The notes: generated by a model from the sequence alone, not told the origin. 64,000 nt of DNA from Macrostomum lignano (GCA_002269645.1 NIVC01000527.1:124001-188000); one strand, 5' to 3'. Shown: positions 26,001-40,303, counted from the stretch's first letter. Numbers and translations: made by a program.

Positions 26001-26921
26001 ATGGATCATAAAAAAAATTGTAAAAAAAACTTACTTTTAGAAGATTTAAAGCAGCTTAATGATAGAAATGTTAAAGCTCAACAAATAAAGTCTTCTTATT
26101 TTAGTTTGTTGCCTAGCCTAGAGTAGCTGCTAGATTGTGAATAGCTATAATATAAATTTTCATTGATTCTTGATTGCAATTCTTATTGACACTAATTAGA
26201 ATTCACTTAGACATTGTAATTGTAATTGATACAAATTAGGTTTAGCTATTTAATTAGAATCTATAACTGTTTAGAGTTGTTTATAGTGGTATAATACAAA
26301 AAAAAGTAAATACAATTATCTGTAGGAAGTAACTATGACTACATCATGCTATATTTTATATTTGATACATTATTAATTTCTACTATGCTTTAATTGGCTT
26401 TTTACTAATAACTATAAGCTTATACTTTGGACTCAAATATTTTAGCTTAGATGTTAGAAAAGGCAAAAAATGCCTTTAAGTCCTACATTTAGTATATTTA
26501 TTAAAATATTTATGATTTATGACTTGTCAGCTCATTTGAATTTTTTCGAAGTTGCATTGCTTGTATATTGCATTTTTAGAAAGTAGGATGATGCTTAGTC
26601 ATTTTTTTCTTTGTTCATATGATTAGTTTCCACTTCACTCTTTTGCCTAGGAGTTTTTAGTTTGCAACACAGCAGCCCGGGCTTTCTCCTTGGTTTACAT
26701 GTACATGTGCATTACATGTCTTACCCAAATGGCACAGCAAGCCCCAGACTAGCATGTATGAGAAACAGATAATTGAGCATGTGAGCATATGGCATCAATT
26801 TCCTGGCATATTGCTCAGCCTCAGCCCCTAAAATCAAAGAATGAATTTTTATTAAATCTAGTGTGTTTAATAATCGCAGAGCTTTTAAACTTCAGCACTT
26901 GTAGTTAGTTCACTCGTTTGA

Positions 26922-29900
26922 ATGTCTGCGCGGGACTTCATTGATTGGCTACTAGTGGCCGCGGAGAGACAGCGAGCCAGTATTAGTCTGCAGCTGGATG
27001 ATTGGCATCAAGCTAGAGAACAATTGCGAATGCTGATTGACGCAGAGCCAGCTTCGCTGCAGGAGTTTTGCGATACGGAGTCTGCGCTGGATGAGGCACT
27101 AGTGGCGACAGGAGGCTGGGCAGTAAGTTGTTTATGGGATGAAGCTGAGGCAGAGTCGGCAACACGAGACCTGCTCCGTATCTTAAATCAAGCAATGGGC
27201 TCCAACTTGTCTGAACAGACTGAGTCAGCCACAGCCTCACTTCACCAGGCTGAGTCAGCCACAGCCTCACTTCACCAGATACAGTCAACCATAGACACGC
27301 TTCATCAGATTGAGTCAGCCACCGACTCGCTTCATCAGATTGAGTCAGGCTCCCACTCGCTTCACCAAGCTGAGTCAGCCACAGACACGTTTCATCAGGT
27401 TGAATCAGTTGCTTGTTTGTCTGACCAGTTAGTCTATCTCCATCAGCCATCGGGTGTTATTCAATTTACCGACTGCCTCGGTGGCAGTCTCCGAAACTTC
27501 AAAATAACGGATGCTGAATCGAATGCAGTGGTTGTGAAGCCTTACCGCATTCGGAAGTACAGCGCTAAAAGGCTTGTAGTGATTGATAAATCAGCCGGTG
27601 TTGTTATTGTTTGTCAGGCTGGCGGCGAATTGCAGTTCAGCGTTGGGCCGAAATTCAGCAAGAAAAAGTAAATTCCGATCTTTATTCATACTCTGAACTT
27701 GCCTCACCGCTCCACTAATCTCTGAATTTTCCTCACCGCTCTCTTTTCCATAAGTTTCTTATACGTAGATTATTTTCCTTCCCGCATTTTATTTTTCGTA
27801 GGCATTTAAAGCAGCCTGAAGACGCAGTGGGTGCACGCTCATTCGTGATAATATGTTGCCCTACCACCGGCCTCTTCATGGCCTGCCTCTACCGGCCATC
27901 CGTGCGCACAGCTTTTATAAACTCAACTACCAATTTGACGCATCCTGTACGCTTAGCGTGGAACTCTACGATCAAACAACTGGTCGTGCTTGATGAAGTT
28001 GACAGCTGTCAGTACTTGTTAAACCTGTTTTCCATTACCGAGGAGAAGAAATATGTATTTGAACTGAAATCAGAGTCCCAGTCCAGTGAGCCAGTGAAGT
28101 CCCTGGCCACTCCGTGCGTGCTGTGCAGCAGCAGCGGCACTCTGCTGTCTGTGCTGAGCTCCGAGGGACCGCAGATTGTCTGCATGGATGACGCCTGCAC
28201 TTCAGTGCTGAGAACTGTTCGCCTATCGGTCAGGAAACCAGTGACTGACATGTGCTGGAGTGACCAGACACTGCTTGTCTGCTCCGGTGGAGAAGTCTGT
28301 GCGATGCAGGAGGTTATTGATGATGCTGATGACAGGTGAGAGCTATTTAAATGTATGATTTTGCTCAGCTTAATCTGTATCATTGATTGTCATTTCCGTT
28401 CATTTTTATTGTAGAGAATTTATCGCTGAGTCTGCAATTGTGACTAAAAAAGTTGGTAAGAAAAGAGCTGCTTCGCGTGCTGAAGCGCTCACTCAGCCTG
28501 TCTCACCCACAGCTTCAGTAGTTAACTTAGCAGATGTGGTAGAGACAGTTGCCTGCTATCAGCCTATCTTAGCTACAGACTCTGTCTCCATAGCCAGTCT
28601 GTCAGATCAGTGCTTCGTTGTCTCGCGATCAACGCATTCTATATTCGTGTACAACTCACATTGGAACTGTGTTGGTAGCCTTAACGTGACCAATCACGAT
28701 GGATCTGCAATAGTTATTCGTCCCCATTGCATCCGAGCATGCAGCGAAGGTCAGCTGATTGTTATCCTAGACCAGGCCGGTCAAACTGTGACCGTCTGCC
28801 AGCCAGATGGCCAACTGCGCTTTCAAGTTGGACCGAGATTCAGCAGCTGGTGGGTTGGTTGGAATTGGTATCGATGGTTTTTATCGAACCAGGATAGAGT
28901 TGGGGGTAGCAGCTCCGAGCTGCGGTTGCAGGATAAGAGTTGCATTGTACAAGTTTAATCAGTCTTTGTAGGTGCGCTCTGCTATTGCGGCACATTTGTT
29001 TGTTTTTTGATTTTTTAGTCGAAATTTTGTTTGAGTTGAATCTGAGCTTCAATTGCTGCCACAAATGTGTGCGCTATGTTTGCCTGGAGGGGTTGTAGCC
29101 TGGTGGTTAGAGCGTCGGACTCTCGACTAAAAGGTCAGGGGTTCGATTCTCGGCCTACTCAGACCAATTTGTGTCCTTAAATTGCTTCAGTTCACCCAGC
29201 TTTAAAATGAGTGCCAGCTAGATTAAACAGCCGTGCGCAACCTTTAGATGCGCTGCGCAATAGCTGCGGCTGAGCTGTCGGTTGCACATCTGCCCATTGG
29301 TAGAATCAAAAAATTATTGATTAATAATAATATTGATTAATAAATCAATATTATTATTATTTGGGCAGTCAGGCCCATTCCGCTGAACCTTGAGCACCCA
29401 CACGCTCACACAGGGTGTACAGCGGCCCTGACTTTCTCATCATGTTCGGCATGTACACTCTCCGAGAGTGCCAGGACGTAACACTCGCAAATATAGCAAA
29501 ATTGTTTGAAGGCCCGCTTGTTTGCATTGCAGCTAAAATTTAAATGCTCATAACTCCGAATCAGTTGCACTTACAATAATAATTCTAAAACAGTACAACA
29601 TAGCATATATACAGCGTAGGGTTAGTGAGATAACTTTATGACAGCTAAAGCATATTTATAAGAAATTAGCTAAAAACCCGTCTGATAATTTATTGCAAGC
29701 TAATTGTTGAATTAGTAACGCTAACAGTTTATCTGCATAAAAAGCATAGCAAGTTTTAAACGAGTTGCAAGATTCAATGTAATGACACAAACAGCTCGTA
29801 ATCGTAGATTAAGCAGATTAAAGCCTTGACAAATTATAACTACACCTATTCTGGAGCTTCTGTGGTTCGAATAGGATGCTTTTTTGTAGAAAATCGATTA

Positions 29901-32900
29901 TAAATACACGCACGGACTCGTGAACAAGCGGGCCTTCATAATTATTTTGCACTATTTACGAGTGTTACGTCCTGGTACAACGGTAAGTTCTAGTGGTCCT
30001 CTTGAATTCAACCAGGTTACTTTTGTACGAGAGCCTTCTCAGCCCCTTGATATGGTGTAGTAACTGGCATGCACCGTACTGTACTTGGCGTACATAGTGC
30101 TACTCATCTTCAATTTGTTAGCAGTCATTAAGGACGATATTTATATTTTCCGTATTTCAGTTACAGCCTAGCGAACAGCGAGGACGCCGTCAGTACAGGC
30201 GACGTGTTGATAATTTGCAATCCGAATCGCGGCCTGTTTCTTGTGTCTTTAAACGGGCCGACTGTTGGGAAAATGACAGTTAAAAAGAACCAAATTCGGT
30301 TGAAACGCCCGGTTCGTCTGGCTTGGAGCTGCGAGCGTCGAATAGTATTTGTAGTGGATCAGGCTGGCAAAAATCGCTACGGACTGGCCGCCTTCTCTGT
30401 GCAGCAGCAATTTGTACCGAATATGCTGCAACAGTGTGCTGTCTTGCCAGATCAGCTTCTATCTTTGAGCACGCCTTGCGTTCTAGCCAGCGCTGAGAGC
30501 ATCTTGATCTCTTTGCTCACCAGTGAAGGGCCCAAGATTCTGTGCCTGAGCAGCGACTGCTTAAGTATTGTTCGAGTGGTCAGACTGAGCTTGGCCGGTG
30601 CCGTCAGAGACATGTGCTGGCTGCCGGACAACCGGCTAGGAATCTGCAGCGATGGTGCCTTATGGACGGTGGATTCTGGAAGCTGCAGTTTGCATCCGGA
30701 AAAGTTGGTTGTTTTCATATTTTTACAATCTATTTTATCGTCATTTACCGCACATTAAATGACGTTTATCTTTCCTGGTTCTGGAGTGAGCCGTTTTTTT
30801 AATTCCCAAAATATTCAGTCCGGAAGGAAACCAACCAATCAGCTTCGACGAGATAGCTACCAGAAAATCAATAACCATCGTTACTTTGTTCGAAAAATTC
30901 GTTGCCTATTATCGATTCCGTGTCTCCAAACTTGCCTTGTACAAGTGACTAAAATTAAAAGCCTAAAAGCTACGTTAAAACTTTGTTGCAGAAAGCTAAG
31001 GGACTCGAACGACCCAAGATTCGCTAAAAGCACAGCGAATGCCTCTGCTGTATCAGCTGCTTACCTGTCTGGCCAGTGCTATATGCTGGAGCAGCCTACT
31101 CAAGCTGTTCGAGTATACGATTCGTTTGGCAATCAGCTTGGCGAATTGGCAGTCACCGACCCGACTAGTGGAGAGACAATTTCCAATTTGCGGCCGCACT
31201 GTGTCCGGGCAAGCCAGAAGCTTCAACTGGTGATAGTGCTGGACAGGGCGGCCTGCTCTGTGCATGTGTGCCGGCCAGATGGTGGGCTCTATTTCAGCGT
31301 TGGGCCCCAGTTCAACGATGCGTAAGATGGGATTCTATATGAAATGATTGCAATAATTACCAGTAGACAATAGTTTATGGTTTACAGGTATCTTCAAATA
31401 ATCCATTGCAGTTTCTTTCCCAGCTTCTCTAACTGTAAAATTGTGTGTTCTGTACATGTACTGTTATCCTCGGGTCCTTTGAAACTTCAAAATAGCAATC
31501 CCGACCGCTCAGGATTTTGTGTCTCGTCTCAGCTCTCTTTGCTTTTCTCTCCTTTCCTCCTCACTTCTATTTTTTGATTTAAAGTTCTAAAATTAGACAG
31601 CTGCTGCAATTCTGAGCTGGTACCTTTCTTGCTGCAAATTTTCTCGGCTAGTTTTAATTCTGCCTGTGCCTCTAAATAACTACTTGCAGCTTCAGTCTGC
31701 TGACCCCCGAGGATGCAGTCGCTGCCGACAGCATTCTAGTAATCTGCAGTCCGGAGTTCGCGCTCTACCTGGTGTCGCTAAAACGCCCAGCCACTTGGCG
31801 AGCTGTCGTCACGAAACGGCGCTGTGGACTCGCCTGTCCTGTGCGCCTGACCTGGCTGGCCTCCCGTCAGTGGCTAGTCGTAGCCGACCAATTGCCTGAT
31901 AGGGTTTTCTACAGAATCCAGCCGTTCTCTATCAGCTCAAACGAGAAAGCGGCTACGCTATTTAAGCAGAGCTCGCCGGTTGTTATTGAGTCGCTGACTA
32001 GGCCGAGCCTGCTGTGCGGTCGGGACTGCATCCTGGCAGCTTGCAGCAGGCCGAACAACTCAAATATTATAGTGCTCATCGCCGCTGGAGCCCACCAGCT
32101 TGTGCAGCAATTCTTCGATGGAGAGGCAACTGTTGACAGTCTGGCGGTAACCGACCTGTTCTGGTGGGACCAGCGCCTGGCTGGTTGCCATGGCAACAGG
32201 CTGTTGCTATGGCCCGATGTTCACTACGAAAGGTTAGTATCATAATTATAATGATTTCATCAAGAACAGAGAATATATTAGTAACAGCTGACTTCAACTC
32301 ACTACTGCACTACTGCTAGTGCTACATGTATGTTCCCATCAATATGGCTAGCAGTAGTATAAGGCGGGCATTCTCTATGCCTTTTTCAAATTTAATATCG
32401 TGTATTTCTTATTTATCGAGTTAATAGAGAACTTGTTTGATTTCTTCCAGCTACAGCGATGCCTCGTGCCAGCCGTACGTCGAGTCTGCGGCCTTCTTAT
32501 CGCCTGACCGAGGCTTCGTCCTTGAACTGCCATCCGGTTCTGTCCAGCTGTCCAAGTCGCTTGGCCATTTGTCGGCCGACAAGTTAAGGCTGACCCAGTC
32601 GGGACAGGCCGAGTTCGTGCCGCAGCCAGCGCGAGTTCGAGTCTGCTCGGAGCGCGGCCTCCTCATCTTGGTTGACCCGTCAGCTGAAGCTGTTCACGTT
32701 TGCGACTCGGAGGGCGGACTGTGGTTCTCAGTTGGACCGCGATTCGGCACTGAGTGAGTTTGAAGCTTCATCATTTAGTTTTTTGCTTGTCCTTATCAGC
32801 CAGCTCAAGGGATTGCTAGTTAAGCAGAGTTGGCAGCGGTTAGTACGCATTGGCTGTTTGCGTCACCCCTGGAGGCAGCAACAGTGAGCCTGCTTTGACT

Positions 32901-33849
32901 GGGAAAGCAGCTATGTACAAGCTGGGAGTTGCCAGCACTGTATAACCCGTAACAAGAGGCAACTGGAATCTTTTAATTATCTTGAGAATGCGTATTCAAC
33001 TGGGTTGGTGCAACAATGGTTTACATTGTATCTTTCAGTATTTGCATTAGGAGATATTTCCATAGTACATTATTGCTTTCTATTGGCTGTGACTGGGGTC
33101 GTATCCTCAGCTTTTGTTTGTTAAGATAAAAGGGACTTTAAAAAACAGCTGCCAAAAGTATCATAGATACAGCACCAATCTGTCATGGATATTAAACCAA
33201 AAGCTAGCTCCATCTTTCAAACTGATGATTTACTTCACCTTTACGCATCTTCAGCTTGTCGCTGTCAAAGCCATCAGACGCCATCAGCACTGGCGAGCTG
33301 CTTGCGATCTGCTCGCCTGACAGGGGCCTCTTCCTGGTGTCCCTGGAGCAGCCCAGCCAGTGGAGAACCACAATAAAAAAAGAGCGCAACAAGCTGCGCC
33401 GGCCGATCCGCCTGGCCTGGAGCGGCTCTCGCCAGCTGCTCATCGTGCTTGACGAAGTCTCCACCGACAGATTCTCCGTGAGCATCTTCCAGATCGTGAA
33501 GAGCCCTACTGCTGCCACGCTGCATCTCCAGGCCGCTCTTCGCGACCCCGTTCGCTCCCTGGCCGTCCCCAGCGTGCTGAGCAGCAGCGGCGGCTTCCTG
33601 CTGTCTGCGCTCACCGAGGAGGGGCCTCGGCTGCTGAGCGTGGCCGACGACTGCTCGGCTGTCAGCACCGTCGCCGACTGCCAGCTGCCTGCGGATGGCG
33701 GCGCCGTCACCGACATGAGCTGGGCGGGGCGGCAGCTCTGGCTGTGCTGCGGTGGCAAGTTGATTAAGCCTGACTTGGCCCCGTCTTTGTCTTCCATCAC
33801 TTCAAAGTCATCAGTCCAGCCTGATGGACCAGTGATTTCCAGTGTTTAA
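26922..33849 (+). CDS. Multi-propeller gene 1: helical N-terminus, about 6 x 10-aa linker, four NHL-like beta-propellers (8 exons)
   Basis: Exons are 26922-27667, 27802-28335, 28415-28849, 30161-30703, 30992-31321, 31690-32232, 32451-32753 and 33255-33849 (stop). All seven introns are GT-AG and phase 2. Recurrent motifs are P(H/R)xIRVC..LVIxD..V.VC.PDG.L.FSVGP.F and PEDAVSTG..L.IC...RPVRLAW...V.DMCW. Confidence 0.8.
29088..29290 (+). mobile_element. tRNA-derived SINE in an intron of gene 1
   Basis: The head has an A box (TAGCCTGGTGGTTAGAGC) and a B box (GGTTCGATTC). The body GTGTCCTT...CTTCAGTTCACCCAGCTTTAAAATGAGT is SINE2-like. There is no proper acceptor stem. Confidence 0.7.
29468..29978. 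mobile_element. MITE of about 510 bp with TIRs of about 55 bp
   Basis: The left end is GTGCCAGGACGTAACACTCGC...GAAGGCCCGCTTGTT and the right end is AACAAGCGGGCCTTC...CGAGTGTTACGTCCTGGTAC. No TSD was identified. Confidence 0.8.
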
Positions 33850-34766
33850 TTCGTCTAGATGTTCAATAGATAATCTCGGGAAGTCTGAGTATTCTGACTA
33901 TCAAGTATTAAACTATTCTGCCTGACTTTCTATAGTTTAGCTAGGAGTAGTTAAAACATTACAATACAATTGCAAAATTTTAAAAGCTTTACTTAGAGTT
34001 TTTACCCTTTTTGAAAAGAGAACAGTTGATTCTTTATTCACTGGCTTTCATTCGATGTTAGTTTTAGTTTGCTAAGAAGTGTCTGTTTAATAAAGTGTCT
34101 GATTAGATGATGCATACTTTTTTCACCTCGATAATAATTTACCATGACTAGAAGGAAATTTTTCCAGTAGTAGTATTTTATGCCTGTTTTGCTGTTAGAC
34201 TCTTCATATTAATTTATTTATCTAACAAAAATTATATTTGTTCTACTGTTCGTTATCCAATAAAATTAATTTTCAATTTTCACGAAACCAACTGATGCTA
34301 AAATCAGTTGCTACAGCTCGGGCCCGGGACGGGACGCATTTTCTTTTTCTTTAAAACTTTGAAATTGACCCGCGTCTTTCTAGTAAATGTAGCTGTGTAC
34401 TAGGGGGCACCCGTGGCGCAGATTGAGCGACATTGTCGCACAACCGGCGAGATGCATTACTGCCCATTCCGCCGACTCCCCTGAGCAGGCACGCAAGCGC
34501 GCGGATACGTACGCAGGCACACACACAGGAGTGTACAGCGGCCCTAACTTTATTTTTCGTTAGGCCTGTACACTTCACTGTGTCTTTGGGGGTTGGCCAT
34601 CAAGAGCGTTAATCGCACGAGAAGAGCCAAGCCGAGATTCCAATTTAGCCCCAAATTAATGTGACTGCACTAGAAATCGAGCCTGGGCCGCAGCTGGAGC
34701 GCCGCGCTTGACCTCTAGGCTACTCTTCGAAAGCTACTTACGTTACAATATTATGCTTTCCAATAA

Positions 34767-34779
34767 GTTCCATGGCAAC
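34767..34779. promoter_or_regulatory. Imperfect RFX X-box upstream of multi-propeller gene 2
   Basis: GTTCCATGGCAAC is one base short of GTTNCCATGGNAAC and ends 15 bp before the ATG at 34795. Confidence 0.35.
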
Positions 34780-34794
34780 GAATAATATTTCAGC

Positions 34795-37700
34795 ATGGAT
34801 TCGCCGGCCGTTGACGCCATGCCGCAGTCCAGCAGCTTCGTTGAGCAGCTTCAACTGGCTGTGCAGAGGCGCCGGACTGCTGTGGCTGCGGAGATGGCCA
34901 GCCGAAGCCGGGCTCGAGACCGCCTGCGGGCCATCGTCGATATGGAGCTGCCAGCCTCTCTAGAGGAGCTGCTGGATGCTGAGGCTGTCTTGGATGAGGC
35001 TCTCAGTGATGAGTCCAGCTGGGCAATCAGCTGCTCTTGGGATGAGGCTGCGGCGGAGTCTGCGACTATCGAACTGCTCAGAGTGATGAAGAAACTTCTT
35101 GATGCCTCAGGAGCTGAGTCAGCCACTGATTCGTCAAGTCAGGCTGTGTCAGCTACTGGTGCATCAAAACAGGCTGTGTCAGCTACTGGTGCATCAAAAC
35201 AGGCTGTGTCAGCTACTGGTGCATCAAAACAGGCTGTGTCAGCTACTGGTGCATCAAAACAGGCTGTGTCAGCTACTGATTCGTCAAATCAGGCTGTGTC
35301 AGCTACTGGTGCATCAAAACAGGCTGTGTCAGCTACTGATTCGTCAAAACAGGCTGTGTCAGCTACTGGTGCATCAAAACAGGCTGCGTCAGCTACTGGT
35401 GCATCAAAACAGGCTGTGTCAGCTACTGATTCGTCAAGTCAGGCTGTGTCAACTACTGGTGCATCAAAACAGTCTGCTGCGTCCGTCGCCAGCCTGTCAG
35501 GCCAGCTCCTTGTGCTGGAGCAGCCATCAAATGTCATTCGGAATTTCGGCTCTCCTGGCGCTGCAGCCTCGGTCAGTCACCTGACTGTGACGAACCCTGG
35601 TGGGTCTGCGGTGGCTCTGCAACCCCATCGCATTCGGGTCTGCAGCAAACGGAAGCTGGTGATTGTAGTTGACAAAAGTGCCGGTGTTGTGGCCGTGTGT
35701 CGGCCTGACGGTCAGCTTGAGTTCAGCGTTGGGCCAAAGTTCAGCTGCCACAAGTTAGTGAACCCGATTTAATAAAGTATACTTTTGCACGATTTCATTT
35801 AAAGCTTGAATTCCACTTTAGAAAGCTCGTGCAACACCCAGAGGACGCAGTGAGTACAGGTGACCAGCTCGTATTCTGCTGTCCAGACTCTGCGATCTTG
35901 ATGGTGTCCATCGCACGTCCTAAGAGTTGGCGTACGACACTCGTGAAGGAGCTGCTCAAGCTCAAAAGGCCTGTGCGTCTAGAGTGGCTGTTGAAGCCGA
36001 AGCTGCTAATCGTTCTTGACGAAGTTGGAAAGTGTCACTATAAACTGTACGCATTTTCCATCTCCCTGACAAAGACGTCTGCTAATTTAAAAGTAAAGTC
36101 CCAGTCCAGTGCTCCAGTGAAGTCCCTGGCCACTCCGTGCGTGCTGTGCAGCAGCAGCGGCACTCTGCTGTCTGTGCTGAGCTCTGATGGACCGCAGATT
36201 GTCTGCATGGATGACGCCTGCACTTCAGTGCTGAGAACAGTTCGCCTATCGGTCAGGGAACCAGTGACTGACATGTGCTGGAGTGACCAGACACTGCTTG
36301 TTTGCTCCGGTGGACAGGTTACTGATTGTGGCAGGTGAGAGAGCCTGAACTGTCACATTTTGATTGCGGAACAACCTGAGCTGTGTGCTGCTTTATTTCC
36401 ATTGCAGAGAATACCAGTATTTTCCAAAGCTGACCAACAGTCAAGCTTCAGAGCTCAGCAAAGCTACTCAGCCTGGAGCCTCAGCTGTTCCACCCCAGAC
36501 TCTGCTTACAATGGGCTCGTCGGTACAAATTTACTCGGCTGCATTTCTGTCGGGCCAGTGCTTTTTTCTTCAGCTGAAGTCTCCAGCTGTTCGAGTCTGC
36601 GACTCGCAGTCAAGCCAAATTAGCAGCTTGTCAGTAACCAGCTCAGCTGCTGCGTCAGTTGCGTCAGTTGCATCGCAGCAGCCGCGCGCTGTTCGAGTTT
36701 GCCGTAGCCGTCGCTTGGTGTTCATCGTATACCCGAGTGCGGTGCTCGTCTGCCAGCCAGATGGCCAGCTCAGCTTCCAGGTTGGGCCAAAGTTTAGCGA
36801 CGCGTGAGTTTACTGAGCTCAATAGTTCATAAGCTGCCGTGTATCGAAGATAATTCGCAGTTGCAGAGTTTCATACATAATGAAACTGACAAAGTCCATA
36901 AAGAGAAAAGACACTTTCTGCAACACAAATTTTCGAGGTTTACAAAGTTTCGTTCGGGTTGGGCAGCTCAGTGTCGCTTCGTTGGAATCCCTTCTTACTG
37001 TTCCTACCAGCCACAGGGAGTCAGTAGAATTTCGATCCGTTGCAGTCTTTGCTTTAAGCTTGACTGCAGGGTTTCGTAGTCCGGTGTCAGGGTTACGCGG
37101 TAAAATAGTGGTCGCCAGATTCCGGTCCATGGGAGACATGCAGCCCGAGAAGCCTCTCAGTCCGGCCCTCCGGTCATTTGAAACTTCACCATAGCAATCC
37201 GGCCCGCTCAAGATTGGTGTCTCTTTTTTGAGCTCTCTTTCCCCTCTCTTCTCACTCTCCTGTACCCTCTCTTCCCTATCCTCTCTCCTCTCTCCTCTTC
37301 TCCCTCTCCCTCTCGTCTCTTCCCTCTTATTTCTCTCTCCGTTCTTCTCTCTTATCTTCTATCTTTTCTTTCATCCAATCTCTCGCCTGTCCGAGTCTCG
37401 CTATGGGATTCTTTATCTGGTCCTTCAGTTAAAATTTTACTAGATAAAGCACTCATTCTGCACTGCTAACTGACTTTTTCCAATGCAGCTACAGCCTGGA
37501 AGCCCCTGAAGACGCTGTCAGCACCGGTCAGTTGCTCGCCATCTGCAGTCCCGAGTTCGCACTCTACCTGGTGTCGCTAACCAAACCGAACGCCTGGCGG
37601 ACCACCGTGCGGAAAGGCCGCTGCGACCTCGCCTGTCCGGTGCGTCTCGGCTGGATGGCCTCGCGCAAGTGGCTGGTGGTGGCCGACGAGACCGCGGCTG

Positions 37701-39393
37701 CGTCCACCGGGCGCAGAGTGCGACCCGGTGCGTACAGAATCCTGGCCTTTACCATCACTGTCATCAAGACATCGGCCGCGCTGTCTCCGCAAGGATCTCC
37801 AGCGGGTGGAGTTCCGGTTGAGTCGCTGACTAGGCCGAGTCTGCTGTGCGGCCGGGATTGCATCTTGGTGTCTGTCAGCGGTACCAGCGGATCCAAAGTT
37901 CTTCTGCTGTCTGGCAGTCAGTGCGATTCAGTGCAACAGTTTACCGTTGAAGATGCGGGTTCTTCATTGGCTACTAACTTGTTTTGGTGGCAGCGAGAGC
38001 TGGCTTGTTGCCATGGAAACAAGCTACTACTCTGGCCGGAAATTAGCCATGAGAGGTTTGTCATTCTAAATGTTTTTTCAGCTGTTGTATTTTGCTATAT
38101 CCATCCGGTCGCTTCCATTTTCACTCGATTGCTTCAATTGTCACTCGGTCGCTTCAATTGTCACTCGGTCGCTTCAATTGTCACTCGGTCGCTTCAATTG
38201 TCACTCGGTTGCTTCAATTGTCACTCGGTTGCTTCAATTGTCACTCGGTCGCTTCAATTGTCACTCGGTCACTTCAATTGTCACTCGGTCGCTTCAATTG
38301 TCACTCGGTCGCTTCAATTTTTGTTCGGCTGCTCTTGCTGGCTTATTATTACTGATAAGAACCGAGCCAACACAGAGCCAAAAGTGTCACTAGAAGCTGT
38401 TAATGTCCGCCATGCCAATTCCGCCACAGCTGCAGCAGTTGGACCCCATCAGCGGAGACAGCTGCGCCAAAACAGCAGAGTCCAGCTGATGTCACCTCTG
38501 ACATCCTGGTATCCTCAGCAGCCTGCCTGTCTGATCAGCTGTACATTCTGGAGCCGACTTCCAGATCCGTCCTTGTGACGTCAATGGACTGTCGGGACCG
38601 CCCGGCCAGCAGGCAGCTGCTGACGCTGACCAAATCTGACGGCTCAAAGCTCAGCCCGCAGACAGCGCGAATCCGAGTCTGCGAGGAGCGCGGGCTTCTC
38701 ATTCTCATTGATGAGCTGAGTCAAATTGTCTATGTCTGCAGCTCGGAGGGTAGACTGCAGTTTTCTGTTGGTCCTCGATTCAGCACTAAGTAAGGCGAAT
38801 TGAAATTGTAATCATCTTTGCTCAATTGCCTGTAAAAATTAATTTCATTGTTCACCTTCCGGATCTGCAGCTTTCTGCTTTCTAAGCCATCAGATGCCAT
38901 CAGCACTGGCGAGCTGCTGGCGATCTGCTCACCTGACAGGGGCCTCTACCTGGTGTCCCTGGAGCAGCCCAGCCAGTGGAGAACCACAATAAAAAAAGAG
39001 CGCAACAAGCTGCGCCGGCCGATCCGCCTGGCCTGGAGCGGCTCCCGCCAGTTGCTCATCGTGCTTGACGAAGTCTCCACCGACAGATTCTCCGTGAGCA
39101 CCTTCCAGATCGTGAAGAGCCCTACTGCTGCCACGCTGCATCTCCAGGCCACCCTGGGCGACCCTGTGTGCTCCCTGGCCGTCCCCAGCGTGCTGAGCAG
39201 CAGCGGCGGCTTCCTGCTGTCCGCGCTCACCGAGGAGGGGCCTCGGCTGCTGACCGTGGCCGCCGACTGCTCGGCTGTCAGCACCGTCGCCGAATGCCAG
39301 CTGCCTGCGGATGGCGGCGCCGTCACCGACATGAGCTGGGCGGGGCGGCAGCTCTTGCTGTGCTGCGGTGGAAAGCTGATTCTTGACACCTGA
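34795..39393 (+). CDS. Multi-propeller gene 2: helical N-terminus, 12 x 10-aa linker, three NHL-like propellers (6 exons)
   Basis: Exons are 34795-35753, 35822-36334, 36408-36803, 37489-38055, 38430-38789 and 38871-39393 (stop). All introns are phase 2. The gene is paralogous to gene 1. Confidence 0.8.
38115..38320. repeat. 20-bp minisatellite (GCTTCAATTGTCACTCGGTC) in a gene 2 intron
   Basis: Tandem repeats. Confidence 0.93.
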
Positions 39394-40303
39394 AGTTAGT
39401 TGAGTTGGCATGCATTTACTTGTAGATTGGCTAAGTTGCTTACTAGCAGATAGTGCGAGTTACCAGTGAGCGTGTGCATGAGTGCGTGCCAGCGTGCGGT
39501 ACTGGCGCGCTTGTATGTGCTTAGTAGTCAGCGGAATGGGGCATGATTCCTACAGCTCTTCGATTTTGTATCTTTACTTATTCAAGCGTCTACTACTACT
39601 ATCAAAAAAGAGATTTAGGCTAGCAATAAGGCTCGCAGATGTTATGCTCTCAGATAAGCCTGAAGCAAACGGAAGGATCAGGAATAACCGGAACCAGACC
39701 AAACTGTCAAACTACTTGTCAATCGGAGCTTGATAATTAAAGACTATTATGTAAACTTTAGCTCAAAAGATGGAGTCTCTTCTTATCCTTTTGCTTGTTC
39801 TCTCCTATCCTAGGTCCAATTTTTGTCACTTTTGCCAAATTCAGCTTACTGGTGTCACTGTGAGCAGAATGACGTATTATTTGTGTACATACATGTAGGT
39901 TACTCGGGCTCCACTTTATGAGCTTAAGTTGACAGGCCCTTTACTTCGTTTATTTTCGGTGTTAATCGATGGTGGCCAACCACGTGGCGAATTATTAATC
40001 TAAGCTGTGCTGTAATTTAACGCTTTTGTGTTGCCTCGGCATCGTTATTTGTGACTTTTCTGGCTGTACAGTGCATGCGGTGATTGCGATAGAGTTTTGT
40101 TTATGATTACTGCCTATTACTGTGTTATTTATTCAACACTTATTGCAGAGCAACTATTTGTTCAATACTGTGCCATATTCAATGCTCTATGCAAATAACA
40201 TAGGCTGCCTTGTCAGCTCGTGTTGACATTTTATGACCATTGTTTTCTTCATTTTATTTAACTTCAAGGTAGGACTCAGAGCCTAGAAATTCGGTTTCTT
40301 ATA

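Noticed and set aside
29088-29160. Possible tRNA gene
   Set aside because: A and B boxes are present but there is no acceptor-stem pairing, and the sequence continues into a SINE-like body.
36804-37211. ORFs in gene 2 intron 3, possibly a retroelement 5' fragment
   Set aside because: No diagnostic motif, TSD or terminal structure could be found.
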